Source: an uncultured bacterium
GTDB lineage: Bacteria; Babelota; Babeliae; Babelales; Vermiphilaceae
Assembly: GCA_963695335.1 (NCBI GenBank)
Contig: OY968764.1
Location: forward strand, 352,001-416,000
Reading direction: 5' to 3'
DNA length: 64,000 nucleotides
Numbering within the stretch: position 1 is the first letter of the stretch; every line of letters starts with the position of its first letter. The translations under genes and the position numbers were made by a program. Below are positions 37,956 through 47,745 of the stretch, piece by piece. Under the pieces are notes generated by a model. It was not told where the DNA came from and searched no databases. It saw only the letters and a program-made list of their open reading frames with translations.

Positions 37956-39305
37956 ATGAAGATAAATAAGCAGATTTTATATAAAAAAATAGCGCTTGTT
38001 GGAATCATTTTATCTTTTTTATCTATTGTTGAAACTGCTGTCTCAAAAACCGTATCTTCTAAAATTGCATCCGTAGTAACACCCTACTCCCCTGAAGCTT
38101 CGAAGGGCAAGCAACCAGTTGTTCCTGTTATTAAAGAAAACGTCATACAAGAAATTACCCACAAAAATGTTGTAGAAAAAACTTCTCAGAAATTTAATGG
38201 TAAATTATCACTTGAACAAATTCATACATTATCGCAGGGGCAAGATAGAGGTGAGATCACTCGATCATTAAAAATTACTCCAGTCACACAGATACAATCT
38301 GACAAATTTACCCAATCACAAGCGCATATGTCATTACCAGAAATAAAAAAATTGATTGATGCAAAATATAACATAAAACCATATCAAAAGATGATTGATG
38401 CAATTATAGGCCGGGAAGTTGAATTTAAAGATGGGTATTATGTTTTTTATCATGGCATGGATAATGAATGGCGTGTTCCCCAAGATTTATATACGCGGTT
38501 GTATGTCCATTTTAAAAAGTTGCCAGAAAATATTTTGCAGAACTTTATATTTTTACGATTTGGACTGCTATCTGCTCCCTCTAGTGTTCAAAGTTTTTTG
38601 GTGAGCAAACTGAAAGAAAATGGACTTATTAATGATCATGAATTGGGTGAATTTTTATATGCAGCTAATTTAGCATTATTTGGTAATGTGGGAACTGATC
38701 CTGAATGTACGTGGCAATATTTTATAAAGTCACGTGGGCACACATTTCCTGATCGTAAAACATATGAAAAAATTTTAGGTATATTTGGGTTGCCTTACAC
38801 TTATATTGATCAATTAATGGCATTAACTAAGTTATATCAAACAAAAGAACAGACAATTATTCAGATATTTGTGCCAAAAGATCGCGTTGATGAAATTGGT
38901 TATTTAGCATGGATTAGGGGTAATCCTGCGCACAAAAAAACTATAGATATGGTGTTGCGGAGTGTGAAAGATAAAAAATTTGAAAAATCTTCATTCGCTC
39001 TGGATTATTATACGGCACTGTTTAAACGGGAGCAGGAGAAAAACCCAATATTTAGTAATTTATTGCAACGAGTACAAGCTGGTGATTTTAGTTTAAGTTA
39101 TTTCTTGAAGTTTTACCGTAATTATCCTGAATTAATTGAGGATATTAATAGATATCAAGCGCGTCTTATTTTTACACCTGAAGTGTTGTTGAATCCGTTA
39201 TCTGGGGTGAAAATATTTAGGTATTCAATAGCAACTGCTCAGCAGTTGCAAGAATACCATAAGAAATTTGATGAAATATTTAAGAAAATTATTACGGCTA
39301 TTTAA
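37956..39305 (+). CDS. Exported protein, putative ART-like fold (paralog 3)
   Basis: VFYHGM / LYAAN / IIQIFVP / QARLIF. Confidence 0.6.
   Translation: MKINKQILYKKIALVGIILSFLSIVETAVSKTVSSKIASVVTPYSPEASKGKQPVVPVIKENVIQEITHKNVVEKTSQKFNGKLSLEQIHTLSQGQDRGEITRSLKITPVTQIQSDKFTQSQAHMSLPEIKKLIDAKYNIKPYQKMIDAIIGREVEFKDGYYVFYHGMDNEWRVPQDLYTRLYVHFKKLPENILQNFIFLRFGLLSAPSSVQSFLVSKLKENGLINDHELGEFLYAANLALFGNVGTDPECTWQYFIKSRGHTFPDRKTYEKILGIFGLPYTYIDQLMALTKLYQTKEQTIIQIFVPKDRVDEIGYLAWIRGNPAHKKTIDMVLRSVKDKKFEKSSFALDYYTALFKREQEKNPIFSNLLQRVQAGDFSLSYFLKFYRNYPELIEDINRYQARLIFTPEVLLNPLSGVKIFRYSIATAQQLQEYHKKFDEIFKKIITAI
38082..38111. repeat. Family B element in frame (PYSPEASKGK)
   Basis: CCCTACTCCCCTGAAGCTTCGAAGGGCAAG. 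Confidence 0.85.
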
Positions 39306-39426
39306 CAGCAACGGCGATATGTTTTTTCTTTATAAATTCTCAGAAAACCATTGACTATTTGTATTGGATTTTAATAGTCTGAAATATGAAAGTATATAAG
39401 TTTCTATAAAAAGGGGGAGTCGAATA

Positions 39427-40131
39427 ATGAAGATAAGCAAGAATAATGTGTTTATTGTGGGATTGTTAATAGTTGCTGGAAGCATGAATGCAATGGAAGT
39501 GTTTCCTTTCAGTAGCTTACCATATGATTTGCAAAAAGATATCAGGGTTGTGATACTTAAGAATGAAATAAACAATTTGCCAAAAACAGTTGATTCAGTT
39601 GTGATAATAGGAAAGAAAATTAATGACTTTTCTTTAGTAGATAAAGCTTTTAATCAAACGGTTAATGAACCAACATTCTGTCTTAAATTAATAAAAAACA
39701 TTGCGCGTGGTCTTGACCTTTCTGATACGAACGTAGCTGAAACTTTGAAAACAGCATGTGCTCAAAAACGTTTGAGACTTCAAAATCAATTAAAGGATTG
39801 TTTGTCTACAAAAAATGTTTCAATAAGTTTATTGAACAAGCTTTTGCAAGAAGGAGCTGATATAGAATGGACTTATGATGATGGTACATTGTTATGGATG
39901 GCAGTGCAGAATTATAATGAAAATGCACTTAAGGTTCTTGCTAGCCGTGCTAATGTAAATAGGCCTACAGGTAAGACGTTTCCTACTATATTGGATTATA
40001 TTGTAATGAATTTTGGTAAAGATTTAATTAAAATGTTCTTATCCGCGGGAGCTGATGTTAATAAGCTTGATCCTAATAATCGAAACAATGAAAAGCTTCA
40101 ACAAGCTTTAGCTGAAATGGGTAGAAGATAA
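39427..40131 (+). CDS. Exported ankyrin-repeat protein with an F-box-like N-terminus
   Basis: MNA-ME, FSSLPYDLQKDI, LLQEGADIE, TLLWMAV, FLSAGADVN. Confidence 0.75.
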   Translation: MKISKNNVFIVGLLIVAGSMNAMEVFPFSSLPYDLQKDIRVVILKNEINNLPKTVDSVVIIGKKINDFSLVDKAFNQTVNEPTFCLKLIKNIARGLDLSDTNVAETLKTACAQKRLRLQNQLKDCLSTKNVSISLLNKLLQEGADIEWTYDDGTLLWMAVQNYNENALKVLASRANVNRPTGKTFPTILDYIVMNFGKDLIKMFLSAGADVNKLDPNNRNNEKLQQALAEMGRR

Positions 40132-40162
40132 AATTAGGTTGAACTATATACAAATAGTCCTT

Positions 40163-40633
40163 CTAGCAGCAATGCCGCTGGGGGGATTTTTTTTTATAGA
40201 TGCCGAGTGCTATTTCTTCTCTTTCTTCAATTTGTTGCAAGAACCTTTTGATGTAAAAAAGATGGCTATAAAATTGTGAAAAATCGGTTTGGAAATCAAT
40301 GTTGCCATTAAGCACGAGGACAGGAAGATGTTGGAGGGTTTCGGGATTGTTTTTGTTTTCGATAAATTGTTCATTTTTTTGCTGATAGACTTGTTCTATC
40401 TCTTCGAGTGTTAGATTCAATGAATGCATGCGCCTGAGTGCAATTTCTGGCATGACGCGCATATAAATAACCCCGTGTGGAGTATCATGTTCAGGGCTAC
40501 CATTGCACGCATGTGATGAATGAGTTGCAAGCCATTCTGGATAGAGCATTATATTGCAGGGAAGCGTTTCTTCATGCAATCGTGCTAAAAATGCAGATAT
40601 GTCTGAACCGATGGTTCCATCAAGAATAAGCAT
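40163..40633 (-). CDS. Deoxynucleoside-kinase-like protein with a degenerate P-loop
   Basis: ILDGTIGS, GVIYMRVMPEIALRRM, PVLVLNGNIDF. Confidence 0.55.
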   Translation of the reverse strand: MLILDGTIGSDISAFLARLHEETLPCNIMLYPEWLATHSSHACNGSPEHDTPHGVIYMRVMPEIALRRMHSLNLTLEEIEQVYQQKNEQFIENKNNPETLQHLPVLVLNGNIDFQTDFSQFYSHLFYIKRFLQQIEEREEIALGIYKKKSPQRHCC

Positions 40634-40798
40634 GGTAACGCCCTTTAATTTACAAAAGTTTGTGTGCTTGTGAGATATGATACGTCTTATTATTTAATTA
40701 TCTGTTTTTTTACATAAATATCCAATTTTATTGCAATTATAATGATGTTTTCGTTATTTTAAGATTGATAATAAACCGTTTTTTAACAAGAAGGAGGT

Positions 40799-41224
40799 AT
40801 GATGAAAGTTTCTAAAGGGATGTTATTAATTGTTGCTTTATTTGCTATTGGATCAGTGCATCCAAGTGAAAAAAGAAGAAAATCAAGTTCAAAAGGGAAG
40901 GCGAGAGTAGCGACTTCAAAAGAAGCAGCAATGAAGAAATTTATAGAGGATGTTTGTATAGAGTATGGAGATGAAGCAATTTGTCGCAAAGGTTTTGTAA
41001 CAGATCGCAAAGGTCATGTAAAAGTGGTGAATTGTGCAGAGCTTGATGATATTGCAGAACAAATAGCACGTAAATATCCTCGTGATTATTACTCAACTCG
41101 TAAAATATTACATGGTCAAATAAGTAGACATTGGGATGCAGGAACTGCTGCCGATGTGCGAGCAATGCAAGAGTATGCAGATGCAAAACTTCGTGAATAT
41201 AGTATTGAATATTATAATAAATAA
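40799..41224 (+). CDS. Hypothetical exported protein
   Basis: AGGAGG RBS, signal peptide, KRRK after the signal. Confidence 0.7.
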   Translation: MMKVSKGMLLIVALFAIGSVHPSEKRRKSSSKGKARVATSKEAAMKKFIEDVCIEYGDEAICRKGFVTDRKGHVKVVNCAELDDIAEQIARKYPRDYYSTRKILHGQISRHWDAGTAADVRAMQEYADAKLREYSIEYYNK

Positions 41225-41284
41225 TTTAATGCTCCTCCTATCATATTGCGATAGGGGGAATGTTATAGACTGTACCAATGCGTG

Positions 41285-42430
41285 TTATATAATAACACGT
41301 GTAAACGCTGGATTTATTCCTACCAAAATCTCTCGTACATTTTTGATATTACCAAGTTCTGCAAGGTCATGAGCGCCAATTTCTGAGTATGGACCCATAA
41401 GAATAACCTCATCGTCAGTATGTGCAGTAATATCTGTCACGTCAACAATTGTCATATTCATTGCCACTCGTCCAATGACTGGAGCCAAAGATCCGTTAAT
41501 AAGAACGGATGTTTTATTGGAAAACCGGAACTTATATCCATCATAATATCCAACTGGTAATAGTGCAATCCGGGTAGTTCTTTGTGTTTGGAATTCACCG
41601 GCATAGCTTACGTATGAGTTTGTAGGAATTGTTTTGATATGCGTTATGTGTGTTTTCCATGTCATAACTGGCTGCAGATGAGATTTTTCATATCCAAGGC
41701 CATAGAGGCCAACCCCTATCCGGAAAAAATTAAAATAATCTTTGTATTCTATGGTGGAAATTGCGGCAGTGTTGCTCATATGGATATAAGGGATGGTGAT
41801 ATTGTTGGGAAGTAAATTAGCAATAACATCATTAAATTGGGTATATTGTTGTGCGCTGAATTCTGGATTGCTATCAGAGGCCGAAAAGTGGCTGCAGATA
41901 CCAACAATATTAATGTAATCAAGACTTTGTACTTGTTTGATGAAAGGTATTGCATCATGCGTAAGAATACCCATGCGGGAAAGGCCGGTATCCACTTTTA
42001 TGTGTATGTTAAATTGATGTGAATATTTTTTGCCAACATCATTCAATTGTTGCGCATATTGAATATTATCAATCATGAATTGGATATTTTTCCCAATAGC
42101 ATTTTCAATGGGCACATCACTATACCCAAGAACCAAAATTGGCTTTGAGATATTTTGCAGGGCAATTGCTTCTGAAAGATGCATTACAAGCAACCAATCA
42201 ACATGTTGGTTGTGTTCAGCAAGGTAGGCAATTTGATGGAGCCCGTGACCGTAACCGTTGCCTTTCATGACGGCAGCAAGTTTATTGTGCGGCTTGATGA
42301 GGTTTTTATAGTAGGCGGCATTGTGGTTAAACGCGGATGCGCTGATTTCAAGGAAGGTTTGATGATTTTCGAGGGGATTTGTTACTTGTATGTTGTGGTT
42401 AGTTAAGTTTTGATTGTTGTTTAAAATCAC
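41285..42430 (-). CDS. alr: Alanine racemase
   Basis: AVMKGNGYGHG, HIKVDTGLSRMG, SHF, RIGVGLYG, VGYYDG, GRVAMN. Confidence 0.93.
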   Translation of the reverse strand: MILNNNQNLTNHNIQVTNPLENHQTFLEISASAFNHNAAYYKNLIKPHNKLAAVMKGNGYGHGLHQIAYLAEHNQHVDWLLVMHLSEAIALQNISKPILVLGYSDVPIENAIGKNIQFMIDNIQYAQQLNDVGKKYSHQFNIHIKVDTGLSRMGILTHDAIPFIKQVQSLDYINIVGICSHFSASDSNPEFSAQQYTQFNDVIANLLPNNITIPYIHMSNTAAISTIEYKDYFNFFRIGVGLYGLGYEKSHLQPVMTWKTHITHIKTIPTNSYVSYAGEFQTQRTTRIALLPVGYYDGYKFRFSNKTSVLINGSLAPVIGRVAMNMTIVDVTDITAHTDDEVILMGPYSEIGAHDLAELGNIKNVREILVGINPAFTRVII

Positions 42431-42503
42431 TGTTTTTCCATTTTTTTGGGTATCTTTATAGGCAAAATACGCTATTTATAGTATATTATTAAGAGAAATA
42501 AAT

Positions 42504-42686
42504 ATGAAAATAAATATTAAAATAAAAAATTTTGAGCTAAAAAGTTTCAAAGCTCTTATGGAAAAGCGTCTTACAAGAGAAGAGATTCAGATGATTAAAG
42601 AGCAAACAGCTCTTGAATTTAAGGCGCTTGAATCGTTACAAGATGATATTGTGAACAAAATAGCTCATTTAGAGCATCATATTTAG
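42504..42686 (+). CDS. Small hypothetical protein
   Basis: 60-aa ORF ending 11 bp before rlmB. Confidence 0.4.
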   Translation: MKINIKIKNFELKSFKALMEKRLTREEIQMIKEQTALEFKALESLQDDIVNKIAHLEHHI

Positions 42687-42697
42687 GGACATTTCTC

Positions 42698-43438
42698 ATG
42701 ATCAAAAAGAAAGATAAAGAAACAAAAGGCGAACTTATATTTGGGATTCATCCTGTTGTAGAGCTGTTGAAAGCTAAAAGACGTAAGCTTATCTCATTAT
42801 ACACTACCAAGCCAACTCCCCACTCTTTTGATGAAATTCAAAAAGTGTGGCCAAAGTACCCAGTGCCAATACAGTATGTTGCGCGTGAAGTGCTTGACCG
42901 TATGGTGGGTACAACTGATCATCAAGGAGTTGTTGCATGGACGCATCCATTCCCATATCGTAAAGTGTTTTTTGATTCTAAAAAACATAAGTTTTTGGTT
43001 ATGATTGATGGCGTTCAAGATCCTCGTAATTTGGGGGCTATTTTACGTTCTGCGTATTGTACCGGTGTTGATGGCGCTATTATGATTAAACGTGGTGGTG
43101 CTCAATTAACTGGGGTTGCTATTAAATCAGCTGCAGGATTGAGTGAACATCTTGAAATTTATGCAGCGCAATCGGCGGCATCTGCAATTTTAGATTTAAA
43201 AAATGCAGGATATAATATTTATTTAACAATGTTTGATGGTGAAAATGCTGCAACGTGTAAATATCAATCACCAATGTGTGTTGTGATTGGTGGTGAAGGA
43301 ACTGGTATCTCTAAATCAATTTTATCATCTGGTACACATATCACCTTGCCACAAAAAACAAGTGATATTTCTTATAACGCCTCTGTTGCTGCTGGTATTG
43401 TGCTTTTCTTGGTTTCGACACAGCAAAAGAAGATTTAG
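42698..43438 (+). CDS. rlmB: TrmH/SpoU-family rRNA 2'-O-methyltransferase
   Basis: HQGVVA, DGVQDPRNLGAILRS, GGEGTG, SYNASVAAG. Confidence 0.88.
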   Translation: MIKKKDKETKGELIFGIHPVVELLKAKRRKLISLYTTKPTPHSFDEIQKVWPKYPVPIQYVAREVLDRMVGTTDHQGVVAWTHPFPYRKVFFDSKKHKFLVMIDGVQDPRNLGAILRSAYCTGVDGAIMIKRGGAQLTGVAIKSAAGLSEHLEIYAAQSAASAILDLKNAGYNIYLTMFDGENAATCKYQSPMCVVIGGEGTGISKSILSSGTHITLPQKTSDISYNASVAAGIVLFLVSTQQKKI

Positions 43439-43478
43439 AGCATAAGTTATTATATTCACCCGATGCAATTCTTTTCCC

Positions 43479-43517
43479 GCGCTTGTCCTGAGCCTGTCGA
43501 AGGATATCTTTGAGCGC
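43479..43517. repeat. Family A half-element
   Basis: GCGCTTGTCCTGAGCCTGTCGAAGGATATCTTTGAGCGC. Confidence 0.8.
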
Positions 43518-43537
43518 ATTTTCTTTAAGATAAAAAG

Positions 43538-43562
43538 AAATCCCCGGCGTAAACCGGGGATT
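43538..43562. terminator. Terminator hairpin between convergent genes
   Basis: AATCCCCGG-CGTAAA-CCGGGGATT. Confidence 0.7.
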
Positions 43563-43585
43563 AAAAACTTATTTTTATTCCCTTT

Positions 43586-45490
43586 TTAAGCGACAACCGT
43601 TAATAAATCATATCCCACAACTTTTTGCCCATCAGGATTGATAATTTTTATTTTTTTCGTACCCAGCGAAGCATGCTTCGTTGAAACTTTAACTTTAATC
43701 ATTGTCGGATCCATATATTTCACTTTTTCAACCTTAACATCGCCTGATATTTTTACTTGTAACCGGCAATCAAAATCTTTTCCAGGATCAAAAAAACCAG
43801 AACCATCATGAGATTTGCCACAAATAGTTAATGTCACGGAAGATTTGCCTTGTTTAATTTCAGCCGGAGTAACGGAAATTGGTTCTGCCGGAGCCGGTGC
43901 GCGTAATTGTGCCACTTGTACACCCCACTGATCAGTATCAACAGCATATTCTTGAATAGTCCATATCGTCATATCATCACACGGATCTACGCTTGTATAT
44001 GAATAATCACCCCAACGCAATGGGTTAGCTTGATCTTGTTCTGGATTGTATGTTGCATGAGTATTAGTATAAATTATTGGTTTTTGTAATGTTCCTTGAG
44101 GGTCATCCTTAAAACGGCGTGCAATTGCACAATTAACGAACTTATGTTCTCCAGCAGTGCTGCATCCTAGAGCCATAGTACCTTGTCCTGATATATTGAG
44201 TGATGGCATCCAAAAATAACGTGCATTAGTTCCATTTTTTTTGGTTTTATCAAATAATGTACCATGTTGTATTAATGTTGGCTGTTCATGCTTGATATTA
44301 ATTTCATACCATCGCGCTCCATCACGTGTTACTGACATTGGTGTGCAACATTTGCCTTGATTATCAATACCTACATTATGCGCGGTCCATAAGCGTCCAT
44401 CTCTTATCTGTGCCATTATAAGACGGTCACCAACAGCAGTATCAATATTTTTTTCTGCTCCCTGAGAAGGAACCGGAAGTGACTGACAGATTTGAGGAGC
44501 TTTTATTAAAAAAGGACCTTCTGCGGTTGGGGATTCACTACCTGGGTTTAATATGTTCCATAATGCCAAATGATTTGTGCTAAAACTATCTACTCCTATA
44601 AAATGTCCAACCGTAGCATCTTTATCAAAATTATCAACTCCTTGTAGAACAAATGGAGTTGATGGAGGTGAAGCAGGACTAATAAAAAAATTAAATTCAG
44701 TAAAAATAAGTTCGTTTTCTTCTATCAATGCTTTTTTATTAACAACATAAAAAGGTTGTTGTATTGGCGATACTCCTGTAGAAAGAATTAATAGACCACT
44801 TATATAAAGTGCTTGAGTATCTATGCCGAGTGTTGGGTAATCAAGAGCAAATCCTTCACCAACTTCAAAAAAATTAAAACTCCATTCGGTGAAATAACTA
44901 ATTTCTTTGGTATTACTTACTGCAAACATAACTCGATTATTTGAAGGGAATCTAGTAATTTTTTGATTTGGAGCATTGTCATCATCATCTTCTTCTTCAT
45001 CTCCTATTGTAACCATAATAATAAACCAACGTTCTGAAAAACGATCATAGCGAATCCGTATATCACTTGTAGGATTTCCATTTCTTTCTTGTACAAAAAA
45101 ATCATTTGTTGTTGCATCAAGAATTAAATCAGGCATACCAGTTTTTTTATTAAAAGAACGGATGCGGTTATTGATTGCTACAATAAATTGTGTTGGTCCT
45201 ACTGCTCCCATAGTATCTGGTGGAATTATACCACTGGTAAATGCATAATCTACTTGTTCTATTCGTGCACCGAGAAAATTCAAACCAATTTCATTATGTT
45301 TTTTATTACCACCTCTTGTTAAAGATTCATCAAGAGCTTTTCTTTTTTTTGATGTAGCCATTATTTCTGCCGTTGTGCGTGTCCCAGCTTTAATTCCTCT
45401 TCTTTGAATTCCAGGATGTCCCTGATCGGCAAGGCTTTGCATATGCATAATTACACTTGCTGTGGCCATGAGATAAAGTAATTGTTTCAT
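43586..45490 (-). CDS. Secreted beta-rich protein with a C-terminal Ig/IPT-like domain
   Basis: Signal peptide, PPDTMGAVGP, DYPTLG, RWGDYS, ISVTP...IINPDG. Confidence 0.7.
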   Translation of the reverse strand: MKQLLYLMATASVIMHMQSLADQGHPGIQRRGIKAGTRTTAEIMATSKKRKALDESLTRGGNKKHNEIGLNFLGARIEQVDYAFTSGIIPPDTMGAVGPTQFIVAINNRIRSFNKKTGMPDLILDATTNDFFVQERNGNPTSDIRIRYDRFSERWFIIMVTIGDEEEDDDDNAPNQKITRFPSNNRVMFAVSNTKEISYFTEWSFNFFEVGEGFALDYPTLGIDTQALYISGLLILSTGVSPIQQPFYVVNKKALIEENELIFTEFNFFISPASPPSTPFVLQGVDNFDKDATVGHFIGVDSFSTNHLALWNILNPGSESPTAEGPFLIKAPQICQSLPVPSQGAEKNIDTAVGDRLIMAQIRDGRLWTAHNVGIDNQGKCCTPMSVTRDGARWYEINIKHEQPTLIQHGTLFDKTKKNGTNARYFWMPSLNISGQGTMALGCSTAGEHKFVNCAIARRFKDDPQGTLQKPIIYTNTHATYNPEQDQANPLRWGDYSYTSVDPCDDMTIWTIQEYAVDTDQWGVQVAQLRAPAPAEPISVTPAEIKQGKSSVTLTICGKSHDGSGFFDPGKDFDCRLQVKISGDVKVEKVKYMDPTMIKVKVSTKHASLGTKKIKIINPDGQKVVGYDLLTVVA

Positions 45491-45648
45491 TGCTTGCTGT
45501 TCCTTTTAAAAATTATTTTTTTTACAATGTATTCAAAAGATAAAAAATAAATTTTCCCTTGGTCAACAATAATAAAAAGCTGGTCTTTTTCTTTTGTGTT
45601 GACTATTTCCCCTATAAAAGAGTAAGAAGAAAATAAGAAATAGGGGGA

Positions 45649-46443
45649 ATGAATATGAAAAAAAAATTACTGATTGTTACAGCAGCAATTATAACACCGG
45701 TCATTTTTGTTGGGCTGAGAAGAAATTCAGCTCCTCTTTTTTCTGTTGAAAAATATCAATGTGTTCAAGATGCAGCTCTTTCTGATGATTACTTTTCTTC
45801 TATTAATAATGCGCTCGCTGATTTGTGTGATAAACATTGTGCAGCGCATGTTATTATTGATCAATTGAAGCAGCAATTTCCTGTGATTAATAAAATAACT
45901 ATTGCGTACAGACCTACAGCTACCCACGTTACATTATCGGTACATGAACCTGTGTGTTGTTTGAATAACTCTATTATTCTCACAACACAAAAAGAGTTGT
46001 TTCCTAAGCATGTTTTTGCTGAGGATGCACTTACTGATATTCTGAATATTACGTGTCATTTGCCATGCGATGCTTCTTCTACCGCTCAAACCCTTCGATA
46101 CACCCCTACGGGGCACTCCCAGACTTCGCACAAGGCTTCGTCGGGCACGGCAGGGCGAGCGGATGTAAGTAGTTTGGTTACAAATTTATTGCAAAAATTA
46201 CCTTGTAACATGAGCGAAAGTTATAACATTGAGCTCATGGCAGAGCACTGTGTGCGTTTTACAGATAAACAACAGCCACAATTTGTTATCGTCTCATCTC
46301 TTGCTCAAGAAAAATTGGCGCAGTTATGTACTCAATGTAAAGAAGTTAAACGCACTATTACTGAAAAAAATGGATTTGATAAAGGAATTAAGTGGGTAGC
46401 GGATACGCGATTTGCTCATTATATTGTTGCTTATAAAGCCTAA
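45649..46443 (+). CDS. Divergent FtsQ/DivIB-like protein
   Basis: N-terminal TM, POTRA-like segment (LKQQFPVINKITI), C-terminal ADTRF, directly upstream of ftsA. Confidence 0.6.
   Translation: MNMKKKLLIVTAAIITPVIFVGLRRNSAPLFSVEKYQCVQDAALSDDYFSSINNALADLCDKHCAAHVIIDQLKQQFPVINKITIAYRPTATHVTLSVHEPVCCLNNSIILTTQKELFPKHVFAEDALTDILNITCHLPCDASSTAQTLRYTPTGHSQTSHKASSGTAGRADVSSLVTNLLQKLPCNMSESYNIELMAEHCVRFTDKQQPQFVIVSSLAQEKLAQLCTQCKEVKRTITEKNGFDKGIKWVADTRFAHYIVAYKA
46083..46163. repeat. Family A half-element with a 33-nt B-like element nested (46118-46150), in frame
   Basis: Matches 52166-52214 once the 33-nt insert is removed. Confidence 0.85.
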
Positions 46444-46457
46444 AAAAGGGGGATATT

Positions 46458-47690
46458 ATGGCACGACTTATTAAAGATCAAATCATCGCATCGATTGATA
46501 TCGGGACAACTAAAATTTGTGTTTTAATAGCACGAAAAATTGGAGATCAATTGGAAATTATTGGAATTGGTAAATCTCCATCGCATGGTTTAAAAAAAGG
46601 AGTGGTTGTTGATGTTGCAAAAACAATTAATTCAATAAACCTTGCAGTAAAAGAAGCAGAAATGATGGCAGGTATTCCAATAGAAGGTGCGTATATCGGA
46701 ATTTCTGGTGGGCATGTGAGCGCTGTCAATTCAGAGGGTGTGGTGCCCATAAAACATGGACAAATTAAACAAGCTGATGTTGATATGGTGCTTGAAGCTG
46801 CAAAGGCAATTGCAATTCCAGAAGGACGGCAGATTTTACACATTTTACCGCAATATTTTACGATTAATGGCATTGATCGCGTACAAGATCCGATTGGTAT
46901 GCATGGAGTGCGTCTTGAAGTGCAAGCTCATATTATTATGGGATCGGTTTCATCGGTACAAAATTTAGTAAATTGTTGCCAAAGTGCTGGTGTAAACGTT
47001 AATGATATTATATTAGAACAACTTGCATCTGCTGATGCCGTGCTGAGTGAAGATGAGCGTGAATTGGGTGTTGGTGTGATTGATATTGGTGGTGGTACAT
47101 CAGATGTGGCGTTTTATAAAAATGGTTCTGTGCGACACACTATGGTTTTGCCGGTGGCCGGTAATCACGTGACCAATGATATAGCGATCGGGTTACGGAT
47201 TATGAAAAGTGAAGCAGAGAGAATAAAAAAACGTTACGGCTTTGCAATAGGTAATCTGGTGGAAACGGAAGAATTGTTAGAAGTAGAATTGATGCAAGGC
47301 GAAGATTTACAGGTGGTGCGATTATCGGATCTTGTTCTGATTATTGAATCACGTATGCGTGAGTTATTTACGCTCGTAAATGAAGATATTAAGAGAAATC
47401 ATTTAGAGCAGTTTATGACGAATGGGATTGTGTTGACAGGTGGTGGTGCATTGCTTACTGGTGCACGAGAATTAGCCGAAGAAATTTTTGATTGCCCAGT
47501 GCGTATTGGAAAACCACGTGTGTTATTTGATTTAGTAGAAACATTACAAAGTCCATTGTATGCAACAGGGTATGGGTTATTGGTTTATGTGATGCAGAAT
47601 GAAAAAAGAATTAAAATGCATTTGGCAGAGGAGCCATTGACGCGACGTGTTTTTGAACGAATGAAATCTTGGGTTTCGGACTTTTTTTAA
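46458..47690 (+). CDS. ftsA: Cell division protein FtsA
   Basis: IDIGTTKI, DIGGGTSD, AERIK, VLTGGGA, YATGYGL, KSWVSDFF. Confidence 0.96.
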   Translation: MARLIKDQIIASIDIGTTKICVLIARKIGDQLEIIGIGKSPSHGLKKGVVVDVAKTINSINLAVKEAEMMAGIPIEGAYIGISGGHVSAVNSEGVVPIKHGQIKQADVDMVLEAAKAIAIPEGRQILHILPQYFTINGIDRVQDPIGMHGVRLEVQAHIIMGSVSSVQNLVNCCQSAGVNVNDIILEQLASADAVLSEDERELGVGVIDIGGGTSDVAFYKNGSVRHTMVLPVAGNHVTNDIAIGLRIMKSEAERIKKRYGFAIGNLVETEELLEVELMQGEDLQVVRLSDLVLIIESRMRELFTLVNEDIKRNHLEQFMTNGIVLTGGGALLTGARELAEEIFDCPVRIGKPRVLFDLVETLQSPLYATGYGLLVYVMQNEKRIKMHLAEEPLTRRVFERMKSWVSDFF

Positions 47691-47745
47691 GAATCCTAAT
47701 ATAAAATAAATATAGGTTAGTACGTTTAAAAAAAAGGAGAACACG

